Part shown: positions 8,524 to 18,835 of the stretch, one piece after another | How positions within the stretch are numbered: the stretch's first letter is position 1 | How the letters are laid out: the number at the start of each line of letters is the position of its first letter | From: an uncultured delta proteobacterium | Lineage (GTDB): Bacteria > Desulfobacterota > Syntrophia > Syntrophales > CAMTWB01 | Assembly: GCA_947085375.1 (NCBI GenBank) | Contig: CAMTWB010000026.1 | Span: 7,689 to 71,688, forward strand | Direction: 5' to 3' | DNA length: 64,000 nt | Program-made: the position numbers and the translations under genes | Notes under the pieces: model-generated | What the model was told of the DNA's origin: nothing | What the model saw: the letters and a program-made list of their open reading frames with translations, nothing else | The model's database searches: none

Positions 8524-10494
8524 ATGGATAGGGTAGGCGGTCTGGACAATAGGGTAGAACAGCAGAAGGCGCAGGAACTATTAGAAAAATATGATGCCGA
8601 ATCCCGTTTCCGCAAGCTTTCGGGGTGGCGCGGCAACCTGGTTGGTGGCTGGCTGGTTGCCATGTCGCTCTTCCACCTTTATGCGGCCTCAATCGGCGTT
8701 CTTACCACCAATATTCAACGTACCTGGCATCTGCTTTTTGCGTTAACCGCAGTTTTTCTCCTCTTCCCCTTTCGGAGTAAGGCAGCAAAAAAAGACTCCT
8801 TCTCCTGGGTCGACCTGCTTTTGGCCATGCTTGCGGTAACAGTCAACGGCTACCTGATTTTGGCCTTCGATCAGATCGTAATGCGGGGTGCTAAGGTAAC
8901 CCCTCTGGAGATGGTCTTCGGCACCATTGCCATCCTGCTGCTTTTGGAAGCAGGAAGGCGGGTGCTGGGCTGGGGGCTTCCCATCCTGGCCAGTATCTTT
9001 TTGCTTTACTGCTACTTCGGCCGCTATGCCCCCGCCATGTTCCAGCATCGGGGCTACAGCCTGGAGCGAATCATCCAGCATATGTACGTGGTTCCCGAAG
9101 GTATTTACGGTGTTGCTCTGGGCGTATCAGCGACTTTTGTGTTCCTTTTTATTCTCTTCGGGGCTTTCCTCAATATATCGGGCGGCGCCCGTTTCTTTAA
9201 TGATCTGGCCCTGGCGCTTGCGGGGAAATACGCGGGCGGTCCCGCGAAGGTAGCCATTTTTTCCAGCGGCCTGCTGGGAACCATCAACGGCAGCTCCATC
9301 GCCAATACCGCAACCACCGGCGCCTTTACCATCCCCTTGATGAAGAAGGTGGGCTACAAACCTTACTTTGCAGGCGCCGTTGAGGCTAGCGCTTCGACGG
9401 GCGGTCAGATCATGCCGCCGGTCATGGGGGCGGCGGCCTTTATCATGACCGAATTTCTAGGGGTCCCCTACAAGACGATCATCACTGCCGCACTTGTTCC
9501 CGCCGTTTTATACTACTTCGGCATCTTCATGAGCGTTCACCTGACCGCCAAGAAAGAGGGCCTGAAGGGTCTCCCCCCGGAGGTGCTGCCGCAGGTTAAA
9601 GAGGTGATGAAAACCAGGGGGCATCTGCTCATCCCAATCGTCGTGATCATCGGTCTGTTAATTGCTGGATTTACCCCCGTTTTTGCCGCCTTCTGGGGAA
9701 CGATCAGCGTTGTTCTGGTCAGTCAGTTCCGGGCGGATACGCGGATTACCTTTCCCAAACTCATTTTGGCCCTGCGTGATGGCGCCCGGTCGGCACTAGG
9801 CGTGGCTATCGCCTGCGCCATCGTCGGTTTCGTTATCGGCACCTCATCTTTGACCGCACTGGGGCTGACCGTTTCAAACAACTTTGTCGAGATGGCCCAC
9901 GGGCTCCTTTTGCCCACCTTAATTCTGGCCATGATTGCCTGCCTGATTTTGGGGATGGGTCTGCCGACCACGGCCAACTATATCGTCACCTCGACAATTG
10001 TGGCGCCGGCATTGGCCAAACTGGGGGTGCTGCCAATTGCCGCCCACTTTTTCGTCTTTTATTTCGGCATTCTCGCCGATGTGACCCCTCCGGTCTGCCT
10101 GGCCGCCTTCACTGGCGCGGGCATCGCGGGAGCCAATCCGACCCGGACCGGGATTGAGGCGACAAAGCTGTCGCTTGCGGCCTTCATCCTGCCCTACATG
10201 TTCGTGTATTCGCCCCAGTTGCTCTTGCAAGGCGTCCACTTCTTTGACTTTATCCTGCTACTTGCCACCGCGCTCATCGGAATTGTGGCGCTCGCGGGCG
10301 CCACGATGAACTATCTCTTCGTGGATAACAAGTTCTACGAGCGGATTATTCTGCTGGGCGGGGCCTTGTGCATGATTTATCCAGGGGCTATAACCGATTC
10401 GATCGGTTTGGGATCACTCCTCTTGGTTTCCGGGTTGCAACTTAGACGACGGCAGCGGATAAGTGAAGGAGCCTTGCCAAGTGTCAAGACTTGA
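8524..10494 (+). CDS. TRAP transporter fused 4TM/12TM permease
   Basis: 656 aa polytopic membrane protein directly downstream of the TAXI receptor. Size and hydrophobic pattern fit fused TAXI-type permeases. Confidence 0.85.
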   Translation: MDRVGGLDNRVEQQKAQELLEKYDAESRFRKLSGWRGNLVGGWLVAMSLFHLYAASIGVLTTNIQRTWHLLFALTAVFLLFPFRSKAAKKDSFSWVDLLLAMLAVTVNGYLILAFDQIVMRGAKVTPLEMVFGTIAILLLLEAGRRVLGWGLPILASIFLLYCYFGRYAPAMFQHRGYSLERIIQHMYVVPEGIYGVALGVSATFVFLFILFGAFLNISGGARFFNDLALALAGKYAGGPAKVAIFSSGLLGTINGSSIANTATTGAFTIPLMKKVGYKPYFAGAVEASASTGGQIMPPVMGAAAFIMTEFLGVPYKTIITAALVPAVLYYFGIFMSVHLTAKKEGLKGLPPEVLPQVKEVMKTRGHLLIPIVVIIGLLIAGFTPVFAAFWGTISVVLVSQFRADTRITFPKLILALRDGARSALGVAIACAIVGFVIGTSSLTALGLTVSNNFVEMAHGLLLPTLILAMIACLILGMGLPTTANYIVTSTIVAPALAKLGVLPIAAHFFVFYFGILADVTPPVCLAAFTGAGIAGANPTRTGIEATKLSLAAFILPYMFVYSPQLLLQGVHFFDFILLLATALIGIVALAGATMNYLFVDNKFYERIILLGGALCMIYPGAITDSIGLGSLLLVSGLQLRRRQRISEGALPSVKT

Positions 10495-11755
10495 CCTCCT
10501 GCTTCTGTCGTTTATCGCCATCGTTTTTGCTGGTTGTCAAACAATTTACCAAAATCCGGGACGGCCGGGGCCACCGCCCGGGGATAATTCGAGCCTTGCC
10601 ACCCCTTCAGCCCGGATGTCGATTTCGCAAGACACTCAACCCTCCCTTGCCGTGAAAATAGGTCAGATGCTCATGGTCGGCTTTCGCGGGCTTACGGTGG
10701 ACGACGAACATTTTATTATACAGGATATCAAAGAACGTCATCTGGGCGGCCTCATCCTCTTTGATTATGACGCTCCCTCCCGGCAGAGGCAGCGCAACGT
10801 CACCTCTTTGGGGCAACTGCAGGCGCTGACTGCTTCCCTGCAAAAAGCCGCTACTTCTCCGTTGCTGATCGCGGTCGATCAGGAGGGGGGAGTGATCAGC
10901 CGTCTCAAAGAACAAGATGGTTTCCCGCCAACCGTTTCTCACGGGTTTCTGGGTGGGCTTGATGATCCGGACGAGACCTATCGTCGCTCTGCGGCTCTTG
11001 CCGCAACCCTGGCCGAAGCTGGGATCAACTTTAATTTGGCCCCGGTGGTAGATCTTTGCCTCAATCCGGACAATCCGATCATTTCCCGGTTTGAACGCTG
11101 CTTTTCCGCCGACCCGCAAGCGGTTACAGATCATGCGCGGCAATTTATCCGCGCCCATCGTAAGCGAGGGGTGCTGACCGCACTTAAACATTTCCCCGGC
11201 CATGGCAGTTCGGTTGCGGATTCGCATCTTGGTATGGCCGACATCACCAACAGCTGGTCGAAACTGGAACTGGTGCCATATCGGAACTTAATTGGCGAGG
11301 GGATGGCCGATGCGGTGATGACGGCTCACGTTTACCATGCCGGCAGGGATGATCATTGGCCCGCGACCCTTTCCCGGAATATTGTTGGGGGCCTGCTGAG
11401 ACAGGAACTGGGATACGAGGGGCTGATAATTTCGGATGACCTGCAAATGGGCGCGATTGTCAAGCACTTTGGCCTGGAGACTGCGATAGAAATGGCAATT
11501 GCTGCCGGCGTGGATATTCTAATCTTTGCCAATAATTCGCTGTACCAGGAGGATATTGTCAGCCGCGCCGGGGAATTGATCCGCGACCTGGTGCGGATGG
11601 GCCGGATCACCGAGGCGCGCCTTGATGAATCATACCGGCGGATAATGGCGGCTAAAGCAAAAATGGCGACGTCTGGTACACTTACGTTGCCAATGGTACC
11701 AGCGTTAGATCCCCGAGTTAACCAATTAAGGGAGAGGGAAATATTTTCAGAATAG
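10463..11755 (+). CDS. GH3-family beta-N-acetylhexosaminidase-like lipoprotein (NagZ-like)
   Basis: Lipobox IVFAGC. GH3 N-domain motifs LLIAVDQEGG and KHFPGHGSSVADSH. GTG start at 10463 or 10481. Confidence 0.8.
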   Translation: MKEPCQVSRLDLLLLSFIAIVFAGCQTIYQNPGRPGPPPGDNSSLATPSARMSISQDTQPSLAVKIGQMLMVGFRGLTVDDEHFIIQDIKERHLGGLILFDYDAPSRQRQRNVTSLGQLQALTASLQKAATSPLLIAVDQEGGVISRLKEQDGFPPTVSHGFLGGLDDPDETYRRSAALAATLAEAGINFNLAPVVDLCLNPDNPIISRFERCFSADPQAVTDHARQFIRAHRKRGVLTALKHFPGHGSSVADSHLGMADITNSWSKLELVPYRNLIGEGMADAVMTAHVYHAGRDDHWPATLSRNIVGGLLRQELGYEGLIISDDLQMGAIVKHFGLETAIEMAIAAGVDILIFANNSLYQEDIVSRAGELIRDLVRMGRITEARLDESYRRIMAAKAKMATSGTLTLPMVPALDPRVNQLREREIFSE

Positions 11756-11789
11756 ATTGATAGAGTGTAGGGTATTATCGGTATAAATG

Positions 11790-11818
11790 GGCCTCTCGGG
11801 AGAGAGGCCTTTTTGTTT
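11790..11818 (+). terminator. rho-independent terminator after the NagZ-like gene
   Basis: GGCCTCTC-GGGA-GAGAGGCC followed by TTTTTGTTT. Confidence 0.75.
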
Positions 11819-12107
11819 AGTAAGGGCGGTGTTACCTAAGAAGAGATGCCGCCCTTCGATTAAGGTGAACTGGGATGTTCGGCCCGAAGCCTGCTTCACC
11901 ACCTTGGAGAAAGCGGATAACTCATTTGCTACTAAACCGGACATATCTATTTGCTGCTAACAGGAGCTAAGAAAAACGAGAAACAATGTGTCTGCACCGC
12001 CTCGGTGCGACAATGGGTTGCCCACATTTTTGTCGCAAAGCCGCATCTTTATGAACTTGACTTTACCGACGGCGCTGTTATTATGCCTCCCAACCAGAGG
12101 CTATTCA

Positions 12108-14360
12108 ATGTACGATCACATCAGACAATATTTCCGTACCTCACCATTGCAAATAGCTATATTTATAGTTATTTCTCTTTTGATCCTCTTTTTCTTCGAT
12201 ATTGCTTTTCTCAGGTATATGGAATTAAGAACATACGACCTGCGGATGGTCTATCGCGGTGAGAGGACGATTGGCAAGGAAACGGCAGTTGTGGCCATTG
12301 ATGAGAAGAGCTTGACGGAATTGGGTCGTTGGCCTTGGTCCCGTGCGACAATGGCGGAGTTGCTAAATGCCGTGAAGGCCGAGGGAGTCAAGGCCATCGG
12401 CTTTGATATAATTTTTTCTGAGTCTGAAGACAACCCGGGGATCAAGGCACTCAAGGACATATCTGATCAACTCGCAAAACAAAAGCTGCTAAACAATTCA
12501 CTACAGGAGATGATCCGGGAGAAAAAAAGGCAACTGGATACGGATGCCCTTCTTGCCGATGCCATTGGGGCGGCAGGCAATGTTACCTTGGGATATCTGT
12601 TTTATTTTTCTTCGTCCGAGGTGCGACACTTAAGTGAAGAAGAGATATCCCGCAATGCCGAAAACATTGCCTCCGGCCAATATGGGGTGGTCCAGTACCG
12701 GCGAGCGCCCGAACCGGGCAATCTGTTTGAAGCCCGGGCTCCCCTGGCAAATGTGGGAGAACTGTCTTCACGAGCGGAAAATTGCGGTTTTTTCAATGCC
12801 TTTCCGGATAATGACGGGACAATCAGGTGGTCGCCCTTGGTCATCGCCTTCCGGGATAAATATTATTCCTCGCTGGCTGTTTCCCTGCTGATGCAGTATC
12901 TCGACTGGCCGGATCTCCGGCTCAAGCTCGATTCCTTCGGCGTGTCGGGAATTACGATCGGAGATCGGCTGATACCAACCGATCACCAGGGCCGGATGCT
13001 GATAAACTACCTGGGCCAGGATAACGTAGTACCTCACTACTCGGCTGTTGATGTCATCCGGGGCCGAATCCCTCCGGGAGAGCTCAAAGACCGGATGGTA
13101 ATTATCGGCGCCACAGCAATCGGCATCTACGATCTGCGGGTTACGCCCTTCAGTCCGGTTTCAGCAGGGGTTAATATCCATGCCACCGTGGTTGACAACA
13201 TTCTCCGCCGGTCGTTCATTGTTCAGTCTTTCTGGACCTCCCTGATTGATATTTTAGCCATCATTTTGCTGGGTTTGGTCACCGGCTTATTTGTTTCCCG
13301 CCTGCGGGCAGTTCCCGCCTTTGGCTTGACCGCCGGTCTGACCATTTCCTTCATCCTGGTCAATTACTTTATATTCTCAAGGCTTAGTATCTGGCTAAAC
13401 CTTGTCTACCCGCTCTTGTCGATCTTGTTTTCCTATATGGGCATTACGGTATATAAATTCCTGGCGGAAGAAAAAGAAAAGAAGAAGATCCGCTCGGCCT
13501 TTCAATACTATCTCACCTCTTCGGTTATCAACGAGATGCTCAAGGATCCCTCCAAACTTCGCTTGGGGGGCGAGAAGAAGGAACTGACGGTGCTCTTCTC
13601 GGATATCCGGGGCTTTACCTCGGTATCGGAGGTCCTGACGCCAGAAGAATTGGTGCACCTCTTGAATGAGTACTTAACCGCGATGACGGATTTGGTATTC
13701 AAGTACGATGGCCTATTGGACAAGTATATGGGCGACGCCATCATGGCGGTATATGGAGCGCCGTTGGATCAGCCGGACCACCCGGCTCGGGCCTGCAATA
13801 CTGCGCTGGAGATGCTATCAGTTCTTGATGTTTTGCGGGAAAAATGGCGCCAGGAGGGACGGCCGGATCTCGATATCGGTATCGGGATCAGCAGCGGCCC
13901 GATGGTAGTGGGCAATATGGGTTCCCGGATGAGGTTTGACTATACCGTCATGGGAGACATGGTCAACCTGGGCTCCCGACTGGAAGGGCTCAACAAGGTC
14001 TATGGAACCCGGATAATTGTCAGTCAATATAGCCGTGAGCTGGTTCTGAACCAATTTGTTTTAAGAGAACTTGATTTGGTGCGGGTCAAGGGCAAGGCGA
14101 TTCCGGTCAAGATCTACGAGCTTTGTGGGACGCAATCCGATACCGATAAAGATACTCGCAAATTTATCAGTCTATTTGAAGATGCACTGGCCAGGTACCG
14201 AAACTCTATTTGGGATGAGGCGTTACGGCTATTCCAGGAGGCTCTTGTTATACGACCCAATGATGGGCCGACCATGCTTTATTTGGCCCGAGTCGAGCAA
14301 CTTAAGATCCATCCGCCGGCCCCTGATTGGGACGGCGTCTTTACTATGGAGTCCAAATGA
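12108..14360 (+). CDS. CHASE2-domain class III adenylate/guanylate cyclase
   Basis: CHASE2 signature VVAIDEKSLTELGRWPWSR...GFDIIFSE, then TM segments, then the cyclase core LTVLFSDIRGFT...GDAIMAVYGAP...GNMGS. ATG chosen at 12108. Confidence 0.85.
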   Translation: MYDHIRQYFRTSPLQIAIFIVISLLILFFFDIAFLRYMELRTYDLRMVYRGERTIGKETAVVAIDEKSLTELGRWPWSRATMAELLNAVKAEGVKAIGFDIIFSESEDNPGIKALKDISDQLAKQKLLNNSLQEMIREKKRQLDTDALLADAIGAAGNVTLGYLFYFSSSEVRHLSEEEISRNAENIASGQYGVVQYRRAPEPGNLFEARAPLANVGELSSRAENCGFFNAFPDNDGTIRWSPLVIAFRDKYYSSLAVSLLMQYLDWPDLRLKLDSFGVSGITIGDRLIPTDHQGRMLINYLGQDNVVPHYSAVDVIRGRIPPGELKDRMVIIGATAIGIYDLRVTPFSPVSAGVNIHATVVDNILRRSFIVQSFWTSLIDILAIILLGLVTGLFVSRLRAVPAFGLTAGLTISFILVNYFIFSRLSIWLNLVYPLLSILFSYMGITVYKFLAEEKEKKKIRSAFQYYLTSSVINEMLKDPSKLRLGGEKKELTVLFSDIRGFTSVSEVLTPEELVHLLNEYLTAMTDLVFKYDGLLDKYMGDAIMAVYGAPLDQPDHPARACNTALEMLSVLDVLREKWRQEGRPDLDIGIGISSGPMVVGNMGSRMRFDYTVMGDMVNLGSRLEGLNKVYGTRIIVSQYSRELVLNQFVLRELDLVRVKGKAIPVKIYELCGTQSDTDKDTRKFISLFEDALARYRNSIWDEALRLFQEALVIRPNDGPTMLYLARVEQLKIHPPAPDWDGVFTMESK

Positions 14361-14399
14361 AAACAGCAATCATATGGTGCTACAATCCCCGTTTGGTCA

Positions 14400-16352
14400 A
14401 TGGCGATGTCAGAATCTAATTACCGCAGTTGGGTCGAGGTTGATCTCGATTGCTTCACCCAGAACTGGGAAGAGATGAAACGCCTGGCCAAGCCTGGGGT
14501 GAAGATCATGCAGGTTCTCAAGGCGGATGCTTATGGTCATGGTGCAATTGAGATTGCCAATGTTGCCTTGCGCAATGGTGCGGCCTGCCTGGGCGTTGCC
14601 AATGCCGATGAAGCGGTCCAGCTTCGGGTGAGTGGTCTCATTGTTCCGATCCTCATCCTGAGTCCTTCACTGCCGGCGGAAATAGGAGAGATAATAAAGT
14701 ATAATCTGGTGTCCTCCATTTCCGACGAATCATTCGCCCATCAACTCCAAACGCGATGTCAGACGGCGGGGATTCGAATTCCGGTGCACCTGGAAGTCGA
14801 TTCCGGCATCGGCCGGGCCGGCATAAGCTCGGATAAGGCGCTCGACGTCATCCGTAAGATCAACAAGATGCCCAACCTATTTCTGGAGGGTATCTTTACC
14901 CACCTATCGATAAGTGAAACTTCCGATGAATATAATCTGCGGCAGTGGCGGAATTTCAGTCAGCTGTTGAACATTCTTTCCCGGGAAGGCATTAATATTC
15001 CGATCAGGCATATGGCCAACAGCGGGGCCATGATAAATTACCCGGAATTTCAACTGGATATGGTAAGACCGGGACTGATGTCGTACGGCATATTTCCCAC
15101 CGCTGAGTCAGTCGGCCGGATTCGCATTAAGCCGGTAATGACCTTCAAAACCCGTATTCTTTTGATTAAGGAGTTTCCCGCTGGCGCAAGCATCGGCTAT
15201 GGTCGTTCCTATACCACGACTAAAACAACCCGGATAGCCACCATCCCGGTCGGCTACGGCGATGGATATGGTTTTGTCCTTTCCAACCGGGGCGAGGTTC
15301 TGGTGGCGGGCAGGAGGGTGCCGGTGGTGGGCCGGGTCTCGATGGATTTGTGTACCATAGACATAACCGGCCTGCCTGAGTGCGACGTCGGCACCGAAGT
15401 CGTTCTCCTGGGAAGGCAGGGCAAAGAATACATCTCCGCAAATGAGATAGCTGACAAGGTGGGAAGCATCAGTTACGAGGTTCTCTGTGCCTTGGGCAAA
15501 AGGGCGCCGCGGATATTTCTTAAGCAGGGCCTAGTCGGCGCCACAGAGCCACGACTAAGGCGCATCTTCATTCCCGATGAGGAGCGGTCGCTCTCCCGGA
15601 TCGACAATATCATCAGGAGCTGCCTCCATACCCGCGCCAAGAGCGTCGGTTTCGGAGACGCCATCTATTACGAGATGTTAGAGACCCTATTTGGAAAAGA
15701 TGACCGCCAACTGGAATTAAGATCGGATTTTCGCTACGATATAACTGTAGCCCCATCCGATGAAGTTGAACATGGCCGCTCTGGTCAGGATACAGAATAT
15801 CTGAACGTAATAACCCATATCGAATATCGGAAGGTTCTCAAAAACCACTTGTTCATGATTGGATGCGCCAGCAATAATGACCAACTGGCAGCTTTCTTCG
15901 AAGATCCCCGCTGCCAGTATCGCTGGCTTTTAGGCAATGGGGAAGACCTGGAGGCACCGCGGGATTTTCAGGTGACAGCGGTAAGAGTGGACGGACAAGG
16001 GGTTCCCATCGAGGAAGCCACGACATCCGAACGGGGATACGAGGTCTGGGCCGGAGGCGATTGCCTGCGCGAGAAGATTCACCGGCAGGTACGCATCGAG
16101 ATTGAAATAGTAACGAAACAATCCCGGAAGAAAAGAGATTTTTCCGTCCATATCGTCTATCCTACTCAAGGTCTAGAGATAAACTTCAATTACGCTAAGA
16201 CGGGTCTGAAAAATGTCCGGGAGGTAAGTTTCTTCTCTGGCCGACGTCCCTATCCGCAGGTCTGCAGGGAAGAGGGTAGGGCGATCAAGGTCGTTGTTTC
16301 CAAGGATGAATGGGTATTCCCCCACAGCGGGGTCACGTTTATTTGGGATTGA
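14400..16352 (+). CDS. alr: alanine racemase fused to an unknown C-terminal domain of about 275 aa
   Basis: Residues 1 to about 375 are Alr (PLP-Lys motif VLKADAYGHG, GYGDGY, GRVSMDLCTIDIT, YEVLCALGKRAPRIF). Residues about 376-650 match nothing I recognise. Confidence 0.85.
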   Translation: MAMSESNYRSWVEVDLDCFTQNWEEMKRLAKPGVKIMQVLKADAYGHGAIEIANVALRNGAACLGVANADEAVQLRVSGLIVPILILSPSLPAEIGEIIKYNLVSSISDESFAHQLQTRCQTAGIRIPVHLEVDSGIGRAGISSDKALDVIRKINKMPNLFLEGIFTHLSISETSDEYNLRQWRNFSQLLNILSREGINIPIRHMANSGAMINYPEFQLDMVRPGLMSYGIFPTAESVGRIRIKPVMTFKTRILLIKEFPAGASIGYGRSYTTTKTTRIATIPVGYGDGYGFVLSNRGEVLVAGRRVPVVGRVSMDLCTIDITGLPECDVGTEVVLLGRQGKEYISANEIADKVGSISYEVLCALGKRAPRIFLKQGLVGATEPRLRRIFIPDEERSLSRIDNIIRSCLHTRAKSVGFGDAIYYEMLETLFGKDDRQLELRSDFRYDITVAPSDEVEHGRSGQDTEYLNVITHIEYRKVLKNHLFMIGCASNNDQLAAFFEDPRCQYRWLLGNGEDLEAPRDFQVTAVRVDGQGVPIEEATTSERGYEVWAGGDCLREKIHRQVRIEIEIVTKQSRKKRDFSVHIVYPTQGLEINFNYAKTGLKNVREVSFFSGRRPYPQVCREEGRAIKVVVSKDEWVFPHSGVTFIWD

Positions 16353-16359
16353 TTGCCTT

Positions 16360-16457
16360 TGACGACTTCATCAAATATGATGAAGCGGCAAAAAGTCCGA
16401 TCTCCCCTCTCCTGGTGGGAGGGGCAGTGGGAGGGGGTTTTGACTTTTTACACTGAG
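16360..16457 (+). repeat. TIR fragments plus half A-type element
   Basis: TGACGACTTCATCA-AATA-TGATGAAGCGGCAAAAAGT..., then CCCCTCTCC-TGGT-GGGAGGGG, ending GACTTTTTACACTG. Confidence 0.6.
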
Positions 16458-16458
16458 A

Positions 16459-16606
16459 CAATTGCAGAAGTCTCAAAAATTTCCTCTCCCCTTCAAGGGA
16501 GAGGGTTTTAGGTGAGGGGGGAATAATAAGTATAATCTATAGATTTTATCACACCCTCCCCTTAATTTCCTCCCATAAAGGGAGGGGAAACAGACTTTTG
16601 CAATTG
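16459..16606 (+). mobile_element. MITE-like element with distinct TIR (CAATTGCAGAAGTCT / AGACTTTTGCAATTG)
   Basis: 15-bp imperfect TIRs. Internal hairpins CCTCTCCCC-TTCAA-GGGAGAGG and CCTCCC-ATAAA-GGGAGG. No ORF. Confidence 0.65.
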
Positions 16607-16640
16607 GCTCCACTGTCAAAAAATATAAATACAGAGGGAT

Positions 16641-17699
16641 ATGGCAATGAAGCTAAGAGTGGGAATATTTTTCGGCGGCCTTTCCTCCGAGCGCGAAGTG
16701 TCGCTCAACAGCGGCCGTAATGTTTATGATAACCTGGAAAGGGAGAGTTATGAACCATTGCCTTTTTTTGTTGACAGCCAAGGGGGACTGTGGATTCTCC
16801 CTTGGCAACTAGTCAGCCAGAACACCACAGCGGACATAAAAGAACGGCTTGCAGACGAAGCAACAAAGGTTTCTTACGAGGAAATTCCCAAACTTATCGA
16901 CTTTGCCTTTCTTACTCTTCACGGTAAATACGGTGAGGATGGCTGCTTTCAGGGCTTGATGGAATTGCTCGGCATTCCCTATAGCGGTTCCGGCGTCTTG
17001 GGGTCAGCATTGGGGATGGATAAATATCGGCAACAGATGCTGCTCAAAGCCGCTGGCCTGAATATCCCGGCCAGTATTCTGGTATCCCAAGAAGAATGGC
17101 CGGCTCAAGCGGATGCGCTGAAAAAAAGAATAGCGGAAGTTTTATCCTACCCCCTGTTTGTAAAGCCTACCCGGGAGGGTTCCAGTATCGGTGTGAATAT
17201 TGTGAAGGACGAAGGCGCTCTGCCCCAGGCGATAGCAAAGGCTTTGACCTGTGACAAAGCGGTATTGGTGGAGGAATATCTCGATGGTACCGAGTTCTCC
17301 TGTATCATCATCGAGGAAGGCGGCGTTGCCAATCCCCTCGATGTTACGGAGATTCATCCCCAGGGGAAGTTCTATGATTACGATGACAAGTATATGCCCG
17401 GGCGCTGCCGCAAGTTTACCCCGCCGAAAAACATCCCCGCTTACGCGGTGCAAAAGATCAAGACTGAGGCCTTGCGGGCCTTTCACGCCTTGGAATTCCG
17501 ATCCTATGGCCGGATCGACGGCTTCTTTATGAAAGACGGCCGCGTTTTGATAACCGATCCCAATTCATCCTCCGGGATGGCCCCCTCTTCCTTTTTCTTT
17601 GAGCAGGCGGCCGGCGCCGGGTTCTATCCCGGGGCGATTTTATCTAAAATTATCGAGGAGGCCAGGATGATCCACCACTGCAAGAAGGGTCCCCTGTAG
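16641..17699 (+). CDS. ddl: D-alanine--D-alanine ligase
   Basis: FFGGLSSEREVSLNSG N-terminus, ATP-grasp core (FVKPTREGSSIGV) and C-terminal ITDPNSSSGM. Confidence 0.9.
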   Translation: MAMKLRVGIFFGGLSSEREVSLNSGRNVYDNLERESYEPLPFFVDSQGGLWILPWQLVSQNTTADIKERLADEATKVSYEEIPKLIDFAFLTLHGKYGEDGCFQGLMELLGIPYSGSGVLGSALGMDKYRQQMLLKAAGLNIPASILVSQEEWPAQADALKKRIAEVLSYPLFVKPTREGSSIGVNIVKDEGALPQAIAKALTCDKAVLVEEYLDGTEFSCIIIEEGGVANPLDVTEIHPQGKFYDYDDKYMPGRCRKFTPPKNIPAYAVQKIKTEALRAFHALEFRSYGRIDGFFMKDGRVLITDPNSSSGMAPSSFFFEQAAGAGFYPGAILSKIIEEARMIHHCKKGPL

Positions 17700-17756
17700 T
17701 TGCGGGCAGGTTTACGTTCGATGAACAGGACTGGACAACCATCACTCATGCCGATT

Positions 17757-17789
17757 GGTTTTTCGGAGGGCCATGCTCAGTCATAGCCG
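17757..17789 (+). repeat. P-family REP singlet
   Basis: GGTTTTTCGGAGGGCCATGCTCAGTCATAGCCG, which is the first hairpin of the P unit only. Confidence 0.6.
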
Positions 17790-17800
17790 CATTAGACTGA

Positions 17801-18835
17801 CTATTTGCCTAACTGATCCTTTATTTTTCGGCGATCTTGAATTGCCTTGGACACCCTTCCTAAGGCGGCGGTAATTTTATCATCCGGCTTAGTAAGGAGC
17901 CGATCGGATTTCCGGTAGAGATCCAGGGCCTGCTCCAGGTCTCCTGTTATCTCCGAACATATGCCCAGATCGTAGAGCAGGGCGGCAGTAGGCTGGGAGA
18001 GCGCCCGGGCCTCGCCCCAGAGCTCACAGGCGCGGTCAAGACGGTTATTTTTGGCAAACTCCAGCCCCTGCTTGAATAGTCTTTCCGCCTCCCGGGAAGT
18101 CATGCCGTCGGTGGAATCCATCAGTTGCACCGAAACGGTAACATAATGGGGAGCGACATCAGCCCTGAAACTATGCTTTGCCTGCTGTTTGGCCTGCTCA
18201 AGCAGTTCGCTATGGCTGACCAATGGTCTGGGACTGTCCTCACAGGCAGACGATCTGGCTGTACCGGAAATATTGCTTGCATAGACGATGCGTCCCGTTT
18301 CAACCTCCAGCAATTTTGGCGTGGCCGCAAAAGAAGCGACCCGGGATGTACAGGAAACGTTGTATTTTACCCAGCGGACGCATTCTCTATATTCTTTCCC
18401 CTTTTCATTCTTTTTCGTTACTTCTGAGGCACAGCGGGTACGTTCTTCCTGGTAACGGTTGTCGTTACTGCGTGATAAAGTGATGCTGCCTGTATAAATG
18501 CCCCGGGCGCCAACCAGTTTGCCGAGCCGGGCGACATTGCCCGGGTCCATCAGAGCGCTTTGGGAGAAATTCAACTCTTCGATCAGCCGGTCGATTTTTG
18601 TTCGGTCGACCAGGGAAAAATACTGGCGGTCGCCGATATTAATTCCGGCTAATGTGCCTTCTATTTCAGCAGCAAAGTTTTTTCCTCCGGGTCCATCAAA
18701 GGGCAAAACGGCGACTTCCTTCAGTAGGGAAGCCTCGTGTGCCCTGGCCGGTAAAAGAGCGGTGGTTTTAAGGCTTGGGGGGGCGCAGCCTAAAAGTGCA
18801 GACACAATAAGTATGAGGGCAATTATGATTCTCAC
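17801..18835 (-). CDS. CsgG/LpoB-like lipoprotein with C-terminal TPR-like helices
   Basis: GTG at 18835 lies 9 nt after GGAGG. Lipobox LLGC. VAVLPFDG...LVDRTKIDRLIEELNFSQS...LGKLVGARGIYTGSIT resembles CsgG-family lipoproteins. The ATG at 19012 would bury the signal peptide at residue 60. Confidence 0.6.
   Translation of the reverse strand: MRIIIALILIVSALLGCAPPSLKTTALLPARAHEASLLKEVAVLPFDGPGGKNFAAEIEGTLAGINIGDRQYFSLVDRTKIDRLIEELNFSQSALMDPGNVARLGKLVGARGIYTGSITLSRSNDNRYQEERTRCASEVTKKNEKGKEYRECVRWVKYNVSCTSRVASFAATPKLLEVETGRIVYASNISGTARSSACEDSPRPLVSHSELLEQAKQQAKHSFRADVAPHYVTVSVQLMDSTDGMTSREAERLFKQGLEFAKNNRLDRACELWGEARALSQPTAALLYDLGICSEITGDLEQALDLYRKSDRLLTKPDDKITAALGRVSKAIQDRRKIKDQLGK

Noticed and set aside
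11819-12107. Whether the ~290-nt spacer upstream of the CHASE2 cyclase, which has several local hairpins, is a riboswitch or sRNA. The 65-aa minus-strand ORF 11747..11944 lies in the same region.
   Set aside because: I could not match it to any RNA family by eye, and the hairpins are short. The ORF has no supporting signals. This is left unannotated.
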